IMG/VR virus record: IMGVR_UViG_3300029983_000009
Coordinates: 128,001 to 168,159 of that record
Origin: a virus
Taxonomy: Duplodnaviria; Heunggongvirae; Uroviricota; Caudoviricetes
Reading direction: 5' to 3' (one strand)
Length of the DNA: 40,159 bases
The notes beneath the pieces were generated by a model that saw only the letters and a list, made by a program, of their open reading frames with translations, ran no database searches and was not told the DNA's origin. Of this stretch, positions 9,835 to 19,233 are shown piece after piece. The number at the start of each line of letters is the position of its first letter. Within the stretch, counting starts at the first letter, position 1. Both the position numbers and the translations under genes were made by a program.

Positions 9835-10609
9835 AACCTATACTCCATCCAAATTGAGGATTTCCTAAATTTGGAGCAGTGTTCAATCCAAATCCACCAT
9901 AAGGTCCAATTCCCCATTTTTTTACTTTAATTGGTTTTTGAATTTGCTTATCAATAAAATATCCTCCTGTCAAATCATTTATTTTAACTTTATCTGATTT
10001 TGATACCGCAAATACTTGATATTTATTATCTAGTTCTTTAAATCCATAAGTTACACTAATACTAGTTAAATTTGTATCAAGAACAGTAACATCAGGTTTT
10101 AATGTCCATTTCTTTGTATCTTCATTTGGAATTGCATAAAATTTGCTTGTGCCAACAATTTTTTGTTGAAATCCACTATCTACATAATTAGTTGAAAACT
10201 TCAATCCGTAATGATTTGACGCACTATCTAAAACTGTCAAATCATTTGATCCTTGTATTCCTCCAAGATTTCCTTCAACATTTGTTTGAATTGCAGATAA
10301 TACTGCACCCTTAACATTCTTAAGTTGATCAGAAAATGATTTATTATATTGCTCTAATTCTGATAATTTATTTAAAACTAAATTGTCTTTTGTAAACTCA
10401 TACGCACTTAGTTTTGTATTGAATACTTTTGTTATACTATCAGTCATTGCTTTAACATTTTGAGTGTATAATTTTGATTGAAATTCACTATTTGCTTTTT
10501 CTTTACTAAGATTTGAACAAGTCTGAAAAAGAAATATTGATAACAAAATAATTACAGCAAAAAATAATAAAGGATAGTATTTTTTTATAAACACTAAAAT
10601 TTTTTCCAT
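9803..10609 (-). CDS. membrane-anchored or secreted protein with an outer-membrane-protein-like C-terminus
   Basis: Hydrophobic N-terminus LLFFAVIILLSIFLFQTC. Glycine-rich C-terminus GGFGLNTAPNLGNPQFGWSIGFGLHYSILQW, ending in an aromatic residue like the C-terminal signal of beta-barrel outer-membrane proteins. Confidence 0.45.
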   Translation of the reverse strand: MEKILVFIKKYYPLLFFAVIILLSIFLFQTCSNLSKEKANSEFQSKLYTQNVKAMTDSITKVFNTKLSAYEFTKDNLVLNKLSELEQYNKSFSDQLKNVKGAVLSAIQTNVEGNLGGIQGSNDLTVLDSASNHYGLKFSTNYVDSGFQQKIVGTSKFYAIPNEDTKKWTLKPDVTVLDTNLTSISVTYGFKELDNKYQVFAVSKSDKVKINDLTGGYFIDKQIQKPIKVKKWGIGPYGGFGLNTAPNLGNPQFGWSIGFGLHYSILQW

Positions 10610-10658
10610 ATTGTTTTATTTTATTTTAATCTATTATTTAAAAAATAATAAGTTTAAG

Positions 10659-11027
10659 TTAAATCAATTTTTCAATAAAAGTTTTATTATTTATTGTAGA
10701 TTTATTAATATCATAGCCATTCAATGAACCATAATTAAAAGTACCACCTCCAAAAAATCCCTCAAAAATTCCACCATAAAAATGTCCTCCTGTCCAATAT
10801 TCTGGATAATTAGACAATTCTAAATCGACTGAAAAATTTCCTATATTACTAAATAATACTGTACAGCCACTTTCAGTACTAATCAATGTTCTATTACTAT
10901 CTGATATTAAATACCATTTATATGTAGAGTATGAAGTAGAACCACTAGTTACAAAAAAATTAATTGTTTGTCCAGATATAATATCTCCTGATGGAAATCT
11001 ATCTATAATTACTGTTGATGTTGGCAT
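10659..11027 (-). CDS. hypothetical protein (122 aa) in the fibre module
   Basis: ORF lying directly downstream of the fibre-like gene on the same strand. Confidence 0.5.
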   Translation of the reverse strand: MPTSTVIIDRFPSGDIISGQTINFFVTSGSTSYSTYKWYLISDSNRTLISTESGCTVLFSNIGNFSVDLELSNYPEYWTGGHFYGGIFEGFFGGGTFNYGSLNGYDINKSTINNKTFIEKLI

Positions 11028-11045
11028 TATTTATTTATTTTTTTT

Positions 11046-13037
11046 TTAACAATTTCCAGCTACTAAAATTTTTCCATTAGCATCTAATTGACACCAAACT
11101 TTAGAACTATCTTTTGATAACCCTAAAAATTTACCTGCATATCCAGAGCATGGCATTGTCAAATTATAATCATTATATACTATGTTATCTTTTATAACTC
11201 CACTTGAATTAGTATAATAAGGTCTAATTTTTGCATCTAATGAACATGAACTTAAACTTGATGTTTGAGTTGGATTTCCAGGACCACTATAAGTAACGTG
11301 TTGAATTGGACTAGTTGTAGTTGTAGTAGTTGTAGTAGCAGGTGCAGAATTATCATATTCATAAATATTTGAATAAACGAATGTTCCTGGAATATCAGCT
11401 TCTAATTTAAATTTCAATATACCTTTTGGTTGTGTTGAAATATAAAATTGTATAGGTGAAGAATTATATGCCATTTCAGGTGTTGAAAATATAACTGGTA
11501 GTCCAGAGTTATATATAAATACATCACCTGAAGAACACCAAATTATTATTTGGTTTGTTCCTATTGGAACTCCACTGAATGATACATCAACATATCCAGG
11601 TTCTGTTATTCTATTAACAACACTATTAATTGTGAATGGAGCGATTGTAGTTGTAGTTGTAGTACTAGATGATGTTGTTGTAGTACTAGATGAAGTTGTT
11701 GTAGTAGTAATAGATGATGCTGTTGTAGTAGTTGTAGTAGTAGGAATTAATGCTGAATTTACAATTATTGATAATGAATTAGATACACCAGAATTTACTA
11801 CAGTAGTAATAAATGAGCCATCATTCCAATATCCATCATTCCAACCGCAATCAAGCATATTTCCATCTGTATACACTCCATATTCAAAAAGACTATCTTT
11901 TGAATCACAATTAGTAAAATTACCATTTTTAATATTTGTATCTTTAAAAAAACTATTTCTAAATGTACCATTATGAATAGTTAATCCAAAAGATAAATGA
12001 TTTGAATTTTTTTCAAATAATGCAGTACTACCATTTTCCATTATTAACATGTTATAATTTTCACTCAACATACCAAATATTGATGATGTTATATTAGAAT
12101 AAAAACCATTGTATATATCACCACCATAAAAATTTATATTTTTATATTTACCATTATAGAAATTACCTCCTACAACATTCAAATTTGAAAAATTACCATT
12201 ATATACATTTGCATTATTAATTGAATATATAATCGAATCATTTTCAATATGTCCCCCATTAATATCAACATCTCCGTCAATATTACAATCAAAAATTATT
12301 CCACCATTTATAACAGATTTTACTGATGTACCAGAAATATTTGAATTTTTCATTGTTCCTCCATTAAAATATCCTCCATTAAATGAACTATCTGTAAATG
12401 TACCATTATTAAAAACACCATCTTCAAACACGCAACCATCAATAAAATCAGCAGAACGAACTAATCCATCAGAAAATATTATACCTATAAAAGTACCACC
12501 ATTTACTGTACCGCCTGACCAAAAACTATTTTCAAATGTTCCTCCATTAAATGTTCCGCCATACCATCCATACGGATTATTAAATGTTCCACTATTCCAT
12601 ACTCCACTTGTCCATGGCTTTGTCCATTCAAAATCAGAATTCTCATTATCCCAAAATCCATTATTAAAAACATTTGTATTATCTATAGAACAGTCAATAA
12701 ATTTTCCGTCATCAATAATATAATTATAAAATGTACAACCACTAAAATATCCATTTTTAATATAATTTGAGCCATCTACATTTCCAGTTATAAAGCAATT
12801 AATAAATCTACCAGTTTCAATATTACAATTATTTAAAGAGCAATCTTCAACAATATTATAATATGTATTATCATCTGATAGAACAGTAGAGGTTTGAGAT
12901 GTATTAGTGTTGGCTTTATCTAAAAATTTAGAAGTATATCCTTCACTAGTGATAATAGATTTTATTCCTGAATATTTATCTATAAATGTCATTCCATAGA
13001 TACTAGTATTTTTAAAAACTCCTTGAGTTACGTTCAT
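11046..13037 (-). CDS. fibre or receptor-binding-like protein with beta-helix-type NGxF/GG repeats and Thr-rich linkers
   Basis: 663 aa. Dozens of NG(G/T)F.NG repeats. Two poly-Thr/Ser linkers, TTTTTTTASSITTTTTSSSTTTT and ATTTTTTTTS. C-terminal Cys-containing module. Confidence 0.55.
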   Translation of the reverse strand: MNVTQGVFKNTSIYGMTFIDKYSGIKSIITSEGYTSKFLDKANTNTSQTSTVLSDDNTYYNIVEDCSLNNCNIETGRFINCFITGNVDGSNYIKNGYFSGCTFYNYIIDDGKFIDCSIDNTNVFNNGFWDNENSDFEWTKPWTSGVWNSGTFNNPYGWYGGTFNGGTFENSFWSGGTVNGGTFIGIIFSDGLVRSADFIDGCVFEDGVFNNGTFTDSSFNGGYFNGGTMKNSNISGTSVKSVINGGIIFDCNIDGDVDINGGHIENDSIIYSINNANVYNGNFSNLNVVGGNFYNGKYKNINFYGGDIYNGFYSNITSSIFGMLSENYNMLIMENGSTALFEKNSNHLSFGLTIHNGTFRNSFFKDTNIKNGNFTNCDSKDSLFEYGVYTDGNMLDCGWNDGYWNDGSFITTVVNSGVSNSLSIIVNSALIPTTTTTTTASSITTTTTSSSTTTTSSSTTTTTTIAPFTINSVVNRITEPGYVDVSFSGVPIGTNQIIIWCSSGDVFIYNSGLPVIFSTPEMAYNSSPIQFYISTQPKGILKFKLEADIPGTFVYSNIYEYDNSAPATTTTTTTTSPIQHVTYSGPGNPTQTSSLSSCSLDAKIRPYYTNSSGVIKDNIVYNDYNLTMPCSGYAGKFLGLSKDSSKVWCQLDANGKILVAGNC

Positions 13038-13112
13038 TTATTTATGTTACTTTTTTCATTATTATATATAAAAATTAATAACTTACAAAAAAAAATAATT
13101 ATATATAAAAGT

Positions 13113-13469
13113 ATGAGAATATATGAAAGAAAAAAGGTAATAAAAGAAGCTTTAGTTAATTCTTTTGTTGAAGAACATGATGCATATAAAAACACTATAA
13201 GTTTTATCAATAAGGAATTATGTGATAATGAAATAATATATCAATACACTTATGATGAGTTTTGCGTTGATTTCTTAGATCAAACACTAAAAGAAATTGA
13301 AAATGTTGATATCTTTGATTTTGATGAATCTGAATCATTTTATTCAAACTTTTGGGTATTTAATCTATACAATCTAAAAAATATGTTATCAATTAAACTT
13401 GATACTCTTGGTTATAAATATGATGATGTTTATAATAACGATGTTAATAGGGACATTTTTTTAATTTAA
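13113..13469 (+). CDS. hypothetical acidic protein
   Basis: The track ORF runs 13023..13469, but its first 30 codons overlap the divergent fibre gene start. The internal ATG at 13113 (MRIYERKK...) is the likelier start. Confidence 0.4.
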   Translation: MRIYERKKVIKEALVNSFVEEHDAYKNTISFINKELCDNEIIYQYTYDEFCVDFLDQTLKEIENVDIFDFDESESFYSNFWVFNLYNLKNMLSIKLDTLGYKYDDVYNNDVNRDIFLI

Positions 13470-13478
13470 TAAAAAATT

Positions 13479-13823
13479 ATGAATTTTGATCCAAAAATCA
13501 AACTATTTACAAAATTTCTAATACATATAATAGGAAACAATGTTATTGGAATTACACTTTGTCCATTTGGTATTTATGTTAAAAACATTAAAGATGAAAA
13601 TACAATTTATCATGAAAAAATTCATTGGAAGCAACAATTAGAAATGTTAATTATTATATTCTATTTGTTATATTTAATTGAATGGTTCATAAAAATATTT
13701 TTTTATAAAGATGCATACAGAAATATATCATTTGAAAGAGAAGCTTATTCAAATAGTAAAAATTCAAATTATTTAATAAATAGAAAACATTTTTCTTGGA
13801 TTAAATATATTTTTAAAAATTAA
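13479..13823 (+). CDS. hypothetical membrane protein (114 aa)
   Basis: ORF with hydrophobic segments LIHIIGNNVIGITLCPFGIYV and LEMLIIIFYLLYLIEWFI. Confidence 0.45.
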   Translation: MNFDPKIKLFTKFLIHIIGNNVIGITLCPFGIYVKNIKDENTIYHEKIHWKQQLEMLIIIFYLLYLIEWFIKIFFYKDAYRNISFEREAYSNSKNSNYLINRKHFSWIKYIFKN

Positions 13824-13876
13824 ATCAAACTTTTTATATATTATCATATATAAATTATAAATGTTTCAAACTTTAA

Positions 13877-13884
13877 TAGGTTTG
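13877..13884 (+). promoter_or_regulatory. TAnnTTTG box (TAGGTTTG) upstream of the ssDNA-binding-protein gene
   Basis: Matches the Bacteroidetes sigmaA -7 consensus. Lies 41 nt upstream of the ATG. Confidence 0.3.
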
Positions 13885-13925
13885 GAATATTTAAAGCTAA
13901 AAGGCTATAAAAAAAAATTAAAGGC

Positions 13926-14897
13926 ATGAAAGAATTTGAAAATGTCGATTTATTCGACGCAATTGACGCACAAAGCGAAACTCTAGATTTTCTAGAAAAA
14001 AAAGGCGGTAGTTTAGATGGTATTTATCGTCCAAAAATTACTGACAAAAAGAAAGGTTATGTTGCTACTATTAGGTTTTTACCTAATTTAACAAAAGATG
14101 GTAAAGTATCTTTATCTGCAATTGAAAAACATCAGCATTATGTTGATTTTAAAAATCATCCAGAACTTCAAGGTTACTATGATTGTATGAAAAATTTCAC
14201 AGATAAATGTGATATTTGTACTATGTATTGGAAGTTGAAAAACTCAAAAAACGCATCTGAAGTTGAAAAAGCTGAATTGATTAGTAGAAGTACTAAGTAT
14301 TATTCATATATTTTAGTAATTGAAGATGAACAAAATCGTGATTCAGAAGGTAAGATTTTAATCTATCCTTATGGTTACAAAATCAAAGAAAAAATCAAAG
14401 ATCAAAAAGATGGTATCTCAGGTGATCCTTGCAATGTATTTGATTTGGCGAATGGTAAAGACTTCAAATTAGTTATGAAACAACTTGGTGAATATCCTAA
14501 TTATGATTCTAGTACTTTCTTGGAAGTATCTCCTATCAAAATTATGACTCCAAAAGGATTAGCTAAGGTTCCAGTTGAAGTTGATGAAAAAACAGGAAAA
14601 AATAGAATTACTAATCCTAAAGTTAAAGAAAAAGTAATGTCATTTTTGAAAGAACGTACTGTTGATCTTGAAGATCATCAACCAAAAGAATGGCAAGCTG
14701 AAGATAAATATAAAGTATCTCAAATACTTGATATAATTTCTGGCAATGAAACATCATTTGCAAAGAAAGAAGCTGAAAACTCATCACATGATAATGTTTC
14801 TACAAAAGAATCAAAAAATGTTAAAAGCAATGAAGATACTTTTGGTGGAGATGATGATGATGCAAATAATTTCTTTGACATTGACAGTGAAGAATAA
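13926..14897 (+). CDS. T4 gp32-type single-stranded DNA-binding protein
   Basis: VATIRFLP matches the AVIRFLP motif of gp32. H-x17-C-x7-C-x2-C (HQHYVDFKNHPELQGYYDCMKNFTDKCDIC) matches the gp32 zinc site. The region YYSYILVIEDE..EGKILIYPYGYKIKEKI matches SYWANILVVKDP..EGKVFKYRFGKKIWDKI. Acidic tail DDDDANNFFDIDSEE. Confidence 0.85.
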   Translation: MKEFENVDLFDAIDAQSETLDFLEKKGGSLDGIYRPKITDKKKGYVATIRFLPNLTKDGKVSLSAIEKHQHYVDFKNHPELQGYYDCMKNFTDKCDICTMYWKLKNSKNASEVEKAELISRSTKYYSYILVIEDEQNRDSEGKILIYPYGYKIKEKIKDQKDGISGDPCNVFDLANGKDFKLVMKQLGEYPNYDSSTFLEVSPIKIMTPKGLAKVPVEVDEKTGKNRITNPKVKEKVMSFLKERTVDLEDHQPKEWQAEDKYKVSQILDIISGNETSFAKKEAENSSHDNVSTKESKNVKSNEDTFGGDDDDANNFFDIDSEE

Positions 14898-14914
14898 AAT
14901 GTATAACATATAAA

Positions 14915-14950
14915 TAAAAAAAGTCACTATTAATAGTGACTTTTTTTTAT
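14915..14950 (+). terminator. hairpin plus T9 terminator downstream of the ssDNA-binding-protein gene
   Basis: AAAAAAGTCACTATTAATAGTGACTTTTTTTTT, a perfect palindrome. Confidence 0.55.
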
Positions 14951-15000
14951 TAAAAATATTAAATTTATAATAAATAATGTTAAATTTATAATAAACAAAA

Positions 15001-15053
15001 AAAGACAATATAATCCAATGTTAATTTAACATTAGAATATATTGTCTTTTTTG
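15001..15053. terminator. long imperfect hairpin with flanking A- and T-tracts
   Basis: GACAATATA...TATATTGTC outer stem with an AATGTTAA/TTAACATT inner stem. T-tract on the plus strand, A-tract serving the minus gene. Confidence 0.45.
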
Positions 15054-15063
15054 TTTATATCAA

Positions 15064-15420
15064 TTATGCAACTGCAGTTGTTGTAGTAGTTGTAATTGGC
15101 GCTAAAGTTGTTGTAGTTGTAGCTGGTGCTAAAGTTGTTGTATTAGTAGTAGTTGGATATGCATAAATACTAACTGTTCCTGTTACTACTGTATTACCAG
15201 ATAAATAACTATAATCAACATAAACATCATTATCAACTGGTAATGTAGTTCCTGTAATCATTTGATCATCTATAGTTCTCATTCCAGTAATTTGAAATCC
15301 TGGATAATTTAAAATTTCTGATTGGTTTTCATGAAATTTATATCCTTCACCCCAAGGTGTGGTACTTCCAGTTGGTTGATAGCTAAAAAATGCTCCATCT
15401 ATAATTTTAGTTCTTTTCAT
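15064..15420 (-). CDS. small protein with a Thr-rich tail (TTTNTTTLAPATTTTTLAPITTTTTT)
   Basis: ORF. Its low-complexity tail resembles the fibre linkers. Confidence 0.5.
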   Translation of the reverse strand: MKRTKIIDGAFFSYQPTGSTTPWGEGYKFHENQSEILNYPGFQITGMRTIDDQMITGTTLPVDNDVYVDYSYLSGNTVVTGTVSIYAYPTTTNTTTLAPATTTTTLAPITTTTTTAVA

Positions 15421-15543
15421 ATTTTTAATTTATTTTTTTAATTCTATTTCTCTTATATATTAAATTAAAAAACTCATTTTTAATTTAATTTTAAATTTCA
15501 CTTTAAAAATTAATATATATATTAAATTAAAAACAATAATTTT

Positions 15544-16398
15544 ATGATAACCATTTTTAAAATATTTGAAAAAACATCTCTTATTAATATAGGAGTACCA
15601 AATTCTGTAATGAAAAGTATGCAAAAAAACTATGAGATTTCAAGTGATGCAGAATGGAAATTATTAAAAGCAAAAAGAGATATTATAAAATATTTAACAG
15701 AGCCAACTAACAATTTAATAATATCTATTTGTAAAGATAGTATATTTGTATCATTCTCTTATGAATCAGAGTATTATATAGAAACATTTGAATTAATTGA
15801 AAAAGATGATTTTGGAAACGAAGATTGGAAAAAATTAGACAGAGTAAAAACAACAATAACTGATATTTTAAGTAAAATTAAAAGAGGATGCAAATCTTAT
15901 GTTATCATATCAGGAGGTTGGTTACCTGAATATTCATCAGAAAGAAAAATAAAAAAATCTGAAATAGAATTTGACTCATTAACAAATCAATTCAAAATAG
16001 ATTTTGCTGAGAACTTCACAAGAATTGTTAAAAATATGTATGGAAAAAAAGCAGATATTGTTTCAGACATTATTGTTAATCATTTAAAAAATGTACAATC
16101 TAATATAAGTGATGAAGAAATTCGTGAAATTTTATTTATAAATGTAGAACGAGCAAAAAATGTAGATGAATTTAAGAAAAAATCAAAAGATAAAGATCCA
16201 TATAAAATTTATTCTAAGATTATAATGGACAATTCACTCACCATATTTGATGAGTATTTAATAAATTTTGAAGACGAAATGTCAGATAAGTACAAAGAAT
16301 ATCTAAATATACCTATTATGATAGAAAATTATAGCAGAGATAAGATATTTACCGCTTTTATGTATTATCTTTACACCAAAAAATTGATGAATCTATAA
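15544..16398 (+). CDS. hypothetical protein, first gene of the KFN(I/L) array (284 aa)
   Basis: N-terminus MITIFKIFEK and C-terminus KKLMNL loosely resemble the family termini. Its stop is fused to the next ATG (TAAATG). Confidence 0.55.
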   Translation: MITIFKIFEKTSLINIGVPNSVMKSMQKNYEISSDAEWKLLKAKRDIIKYLTEPTNNLIISICKDSIFVSFSYESEYYIETFELIEKDDFGNEDWKKLDRVKTTITDILSKIKRGCKSYVIISGGWLPEYSSERKIKKSEIEFDSLTNQFKIDFAENFTRIVKNMYGKKADIVSDIIVNHLKNVQSNISDEEIREILFINVERAKNVDEFKKKSKDKDPYKIYSKIIMDNSLTIFDEYLINFEDEMSDKYKEYLNIPIMIENYSRDKIFTAFMYYLYTKKLMNL

Positions 16399-16719
16399 AT
16401 GAAATATATTAAATCATTTGAAAAAAAATTAACTTTAGAAGAAAAAGACAGAATAGGACATTATGTTATAATAAATCCTATACATGCTACTCCTAATGAA
16501 AGAAAATTTTTTAATAATAATATTGGTAAAATAGTAGGAATAAATATAAATCCAATTGGAAAAGAGAACTTAATAAAAGTAGAATACGATAAAGATATAA
16601 TTCCTTTTAATGTAATATTAGGTAAAGATAATACATATTTAGTTAAAAATTACGAAATAACAAATGAAAATCAAGATGAATTGAAATCTATATTATCATC
16701 AAAAAAATTCAATTTATAA
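16399..16719 (+). CDS. MKxIKTYE...KFN(I/L) family protein
   Basis: MKYIKSFEKK ... KKFNL. Carries the G(D/H)YV small-domain subfamily motif. Confidence 0.6.
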   Translation: MKYIKSFEKKLTLEEKDRIGHYVIINPIHATPNERKFFNNNIGKIVGININPIGKENLIKVEYDKDIIPFNVILGKDNTYLVKNYEITNENQDELKSILSSKKFNL

Positions 16720-17001
16720 ATGAAACACCTTAAAACATATGAAATGGTTCATACATATCCAAAAGAAGGAGATTATGTAATAATTAAATCTGAACAATAT
16801 ATAACCAAAAACCCAGAATTTTACGAAGAATCAAAGAATAAAATTTTTAAAATTGATTCTATCGAAGATGATTATCATTTTTTTATATATTGTAAGTCAA
16901 TAGGATATACTGCAGAATTTCCAATGTCAGAATTGAAATATTGGTCTGATAACGAAGATGAATTAAAAGTTTATCTTGATACAAATAAATTCAATCTATA
17001 A
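16720..17001 (+). CDS. MKxIKTYE...KFN(I/L) family protein
   Basis: MKHLKTYEMV ... NKFNL. GDYVII motif. Confidence 0.6.
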   Translation: MKHLKTYEMVHTYPKEGDYVIIKSEQYITKNPEFYEESKNKIFKIDSIEDDYHFFIYCKSIGYTAEFPMSELKYWSDNEDELKVYLDTNKFNL

Positions 17002-17002
17002 T

Positions 17003-17464
17003 ATGAAATATATTAAAACATATGAAAAAAAGACAATGAAGATTAGTGATTTAAAAAAATCTAATAACACATTATATACCATAGCTAATAGATTTAAAAA
17101 CCTTTTATCAGAAATTAAAAAATTAGAAATAACAGAGGAAAATAAAACTACTCTTAATATGAGAATTGATTCATATGAAAAGATTATTATAGATTATAAT
17201 TATTACTCAGATTGCTTATTTGAAATTGTATTATATTTAGATTTTGATTATAACTATAGATTAGATACTGTTATTCAAGTAAAATCGGTATATAATCAAA
17301 TTCTATATGATTTAATAAATTCAATTTTTAATATTTATATGATATACAATAGTAATAATAATTTTGGTACTTATATAATACCGTCAGATAAAATTATTGA
17401 CGGATTGACTAATTTAGAAAAAAGTTTTTATGCAACAATAAATTCTGAAAAATTCAATTTATAA
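17003..17464 (+). CDS. MKxIKTYE...KFN(I/L) family protein
   Basis: MKYIKTYEKK ... EKFNL. The ATG at 17003 lies 2 nt after the upstream stop. The track ORF starts earlier, at 16976. Confidence 0.55.
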   Translation: MKYIKTYEKKTMKISDLKKSNNTLYTIANRFKNLLSEIKKLEITEENKTTLNMRIDSYEKIIIDYNYYSDCLFEIVLYLDFDYNYRLDTVIQVKSVYNQILYDLINSIFNIYMIYNSNNNFGTYIIPSDKIIDGLTNLEKSFYATINSEKFNL

Positions 17465-17465
17465 A

Positions 17466-17813
17466 ATGAAACATATCAAAACATATGAAAATATTAGTAA
17501 TTATGAAATAAAAATAGGAGATTATGTATTAGCATATATTCAAGGATATAGTGGGATGGATGCTAAAGAATTTATGCATTTTATAAATAATAATATTGGA
17601 ATAATTATAGAAATAGAAAATCCTGATAAAAAGTTTGATAATGTATCAATAGAATATAAAAATGTACCTGAAGATATACGTCATCCATGGTTTAGATATG
17701 ATGAAATAAATGATAAAATATTCAAAAAAGTTAGATATGGAAGAATAGTAGCAAACTCTATAAATAAAGAAGATGTCGAAGGAATATTAATGACAAAAAA
17801 ATTCAATATATGA
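17466..17813 (+). CDS. MKxIKTYE...KFN(I/L) family protein
   Basis: MKHIKTYENI ... KKFNI. GDYVLAYI motif. Paralogous to the minus-strand member at 25401..25736. Confidence 0.6.
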   Translation: MKHIKTYENISNYEIKIGDYVLAYIQGYSGMDAKEFMHFINNNIGIIIEIENPDKKFDNVSIEYKNVPEDIRHPWFRYDEINDKIFKKVRYGRIVANSINKEDVEGILMTKKFNI

Positions 17814-18220
17814 TATATATTAAAGAGGATGAAAATACTGATGATAATATGGTTGGATATCCAAATTTGATACCAGGACAAATGTATATGGAAGATGGTA
17901 CAATTTGCTGTTACATAGGTAACAATAATATGTCAAAATATAATTTGGTATTTTTATTATTTCATTATGACAAAACAATAGATAATTATTTTTTCATTGA
18001 ATGGGTAAATTGGTTAAAATTTACTCCTCTTAATATTGATATTAAAGACTATATTATTAAAAATAACGTAGTACTTAAAACAATTGAATCTATAAAAAAG
18101 CATGAATTTTCTGGTAAAGAAAATGGAAATAGTTTAAATTTGATAAAAAATATTTATAATTCATTATTAGATGATATAGACATATCTATGTTTATAAATA
18201 TAAATAAATTTAATATATAA
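17810..18220 (+). CDS. KFN(I/L) family protein with a variant N-terminus
   Basis: MIYIKEDENT ... NKFNI. ATGA overlap with the upstream stop. Confidence 0.5.
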   Translation: MIYIKEDENTDDNMVGYPNLIPGQMYMEDGTICCYIGNNNMSKYNLVFLLFHYDKTIDNYFFIEWVNWLKFTPLNIDIKDYIIKNNVVLKTIESIKKHEFSGKENGNSLNLIKNIYNSLLDDIDISMFININKFNI

Positions 18221-18240
18221 AATAAATAAATAAATATAAA

Positions 18241-18501
18241 ATGTTAAAAAAATTCGAAAATTTCAATAAAATAACAGAAGATTTCAGACCTGGCATATCA
18301 GCACAAGCATTTTGGGAAAGCAAAGATGAATTGAGAAAAATAATAATTAACAATTTACTGCAAGACAAAACATTAACATTAGATAATTATATAAAATCAA
18401 ATCAATCATATATCAACAGACTTAGTATAGATGATAGAAAAGAGTTTGATGAAGTAATTGACAACTTAAATTTACCAGTTTGGCAAAAACAAAGAAGATA
18501 A
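18241..18501 (+). CDS. hypothetical small protein inside the array
   Basis: MLKKFENFNK... It lacks the KFNI end. Confidence 0.45.
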   Translation: MLKKFENFNKITEDFRPGISAQAFWESKDELRKIIINNLLQDKTLTLDNYIKSNQSYINRLSIDDRKEFDEVIDNLNLPVWQKQRR

Positions 18502-18506
18502 AAAAT

Positions 18507-18971
18507 ATGAAACACGTTAAAGTATATGAGTCTAAAGATGAAGAACAAATGAAAAAAGATCAAGAAAAAGTTGATTTACTAGGAGATTTGTTGAATGAAA
18601 ATCCAAATAATGAAACACATGATTTTTATGTATTTCTTGCATCAGATGTTTTCAAAGAAACAAAAAGTGGGTTATTTAAAAAGGAGTTAAACATTGAAAA
18701 TATGGTTAGAATAACACCTGACTATAACAGCGTAATGTCAATGGCTGGAATAGAAATGAGAGAAAGATTTCAACCAGACACAAAAATGTATCATATATGG
18801 TTACCAAAAGAAGAAAGAGAAGATATTGAAGGCAAAAGTTCAAGTACAATGGAACCTTGGTTAATCAAAATGATAGATAAGAATAAAAAAAGAGGAGGAG
18901 ATGAGCATGGTAAAAAAGTTTATAATGATGCAATTCAAAGAAGAAAAGATTTATCAAAATTTAATATATGA
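18507..18971 (+). CDS. MKxIKTYE...KFN(I/L) family protein
   Basis: MKHVKVYESK ... SKFNI. Start placed at the internal ATG at 18507, where the track ORF begins at 18480. Confidence 0.55.
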   Translation: MKHVKVYESKDEEQMKKDQEKVDLLGDLLNENPNNETHDFYVFLASDVFKETKSGLFKKELNIENMVRITPDYNSVMSMAGIEMRERFQPDTKMYHIWLPKEEREDIEGKSSSTMEPWLIKMIDKNKKRGGDEHGKKVYNDAIQRRKDLSKFNI

Positions 18972-19231
18972 AAATTAAAAAATTTAATGGGGTAAAAGAT
19001 AAATATTTATATGTATCTCCATTTACTGAAGAAGGTATTTATTATATTTGTAATGAATGCTATAGTAATAAATTAAGAATGATAAAAAAAGGAGGATTTC
19101 AAACTCCAAGTTACGAGTGTGATAATTGTGGTTCGACTGTTTATGCCCCAATGAATCTAACTCCTAATAGATACAAAGAATATCTAATAGATAAAATAAT
19201 TAGGAATAAAACAAAAAAATTCAACATATAA
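18968..19231 (+). CDS. KFN(I/L) family protein with a zinc-ribbon
   Basis: MKIKKFNG... with CNEC...CDNC and the end KKFNI. ATGA overlap. Confidence 0.55.
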   Translation: MKIKKFNGVKDKYLYVSPFTEEGIYYICNECYSNKLRMIKKGGFQTPSYECDNCGSTVYAPMNLTPNRYKEYLIDKIIRNKTKKFNI

Positions 19232-19233
19232 TA

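Noticed and set aside
11280-11760. Repetitive DNA (AGTTGTAGTTGTAGTAGT...) read as a non-coding satellite
   Set aside because: It is the antisense of the poly-Thr/Ser coding stretches within the fibre-like ORF. It is coding low-complexity sequence, not an intergenic repeat.
13023-13112. The 5' extension of track ORF 13023..13469 (MSYVHLFMLLFSLLYIKINN...)
   Set aside because: It overlaps the start of the divergent fibre gene and reads as hydrophobic nonsense. The internal ATG at 13113 is the likelier start.
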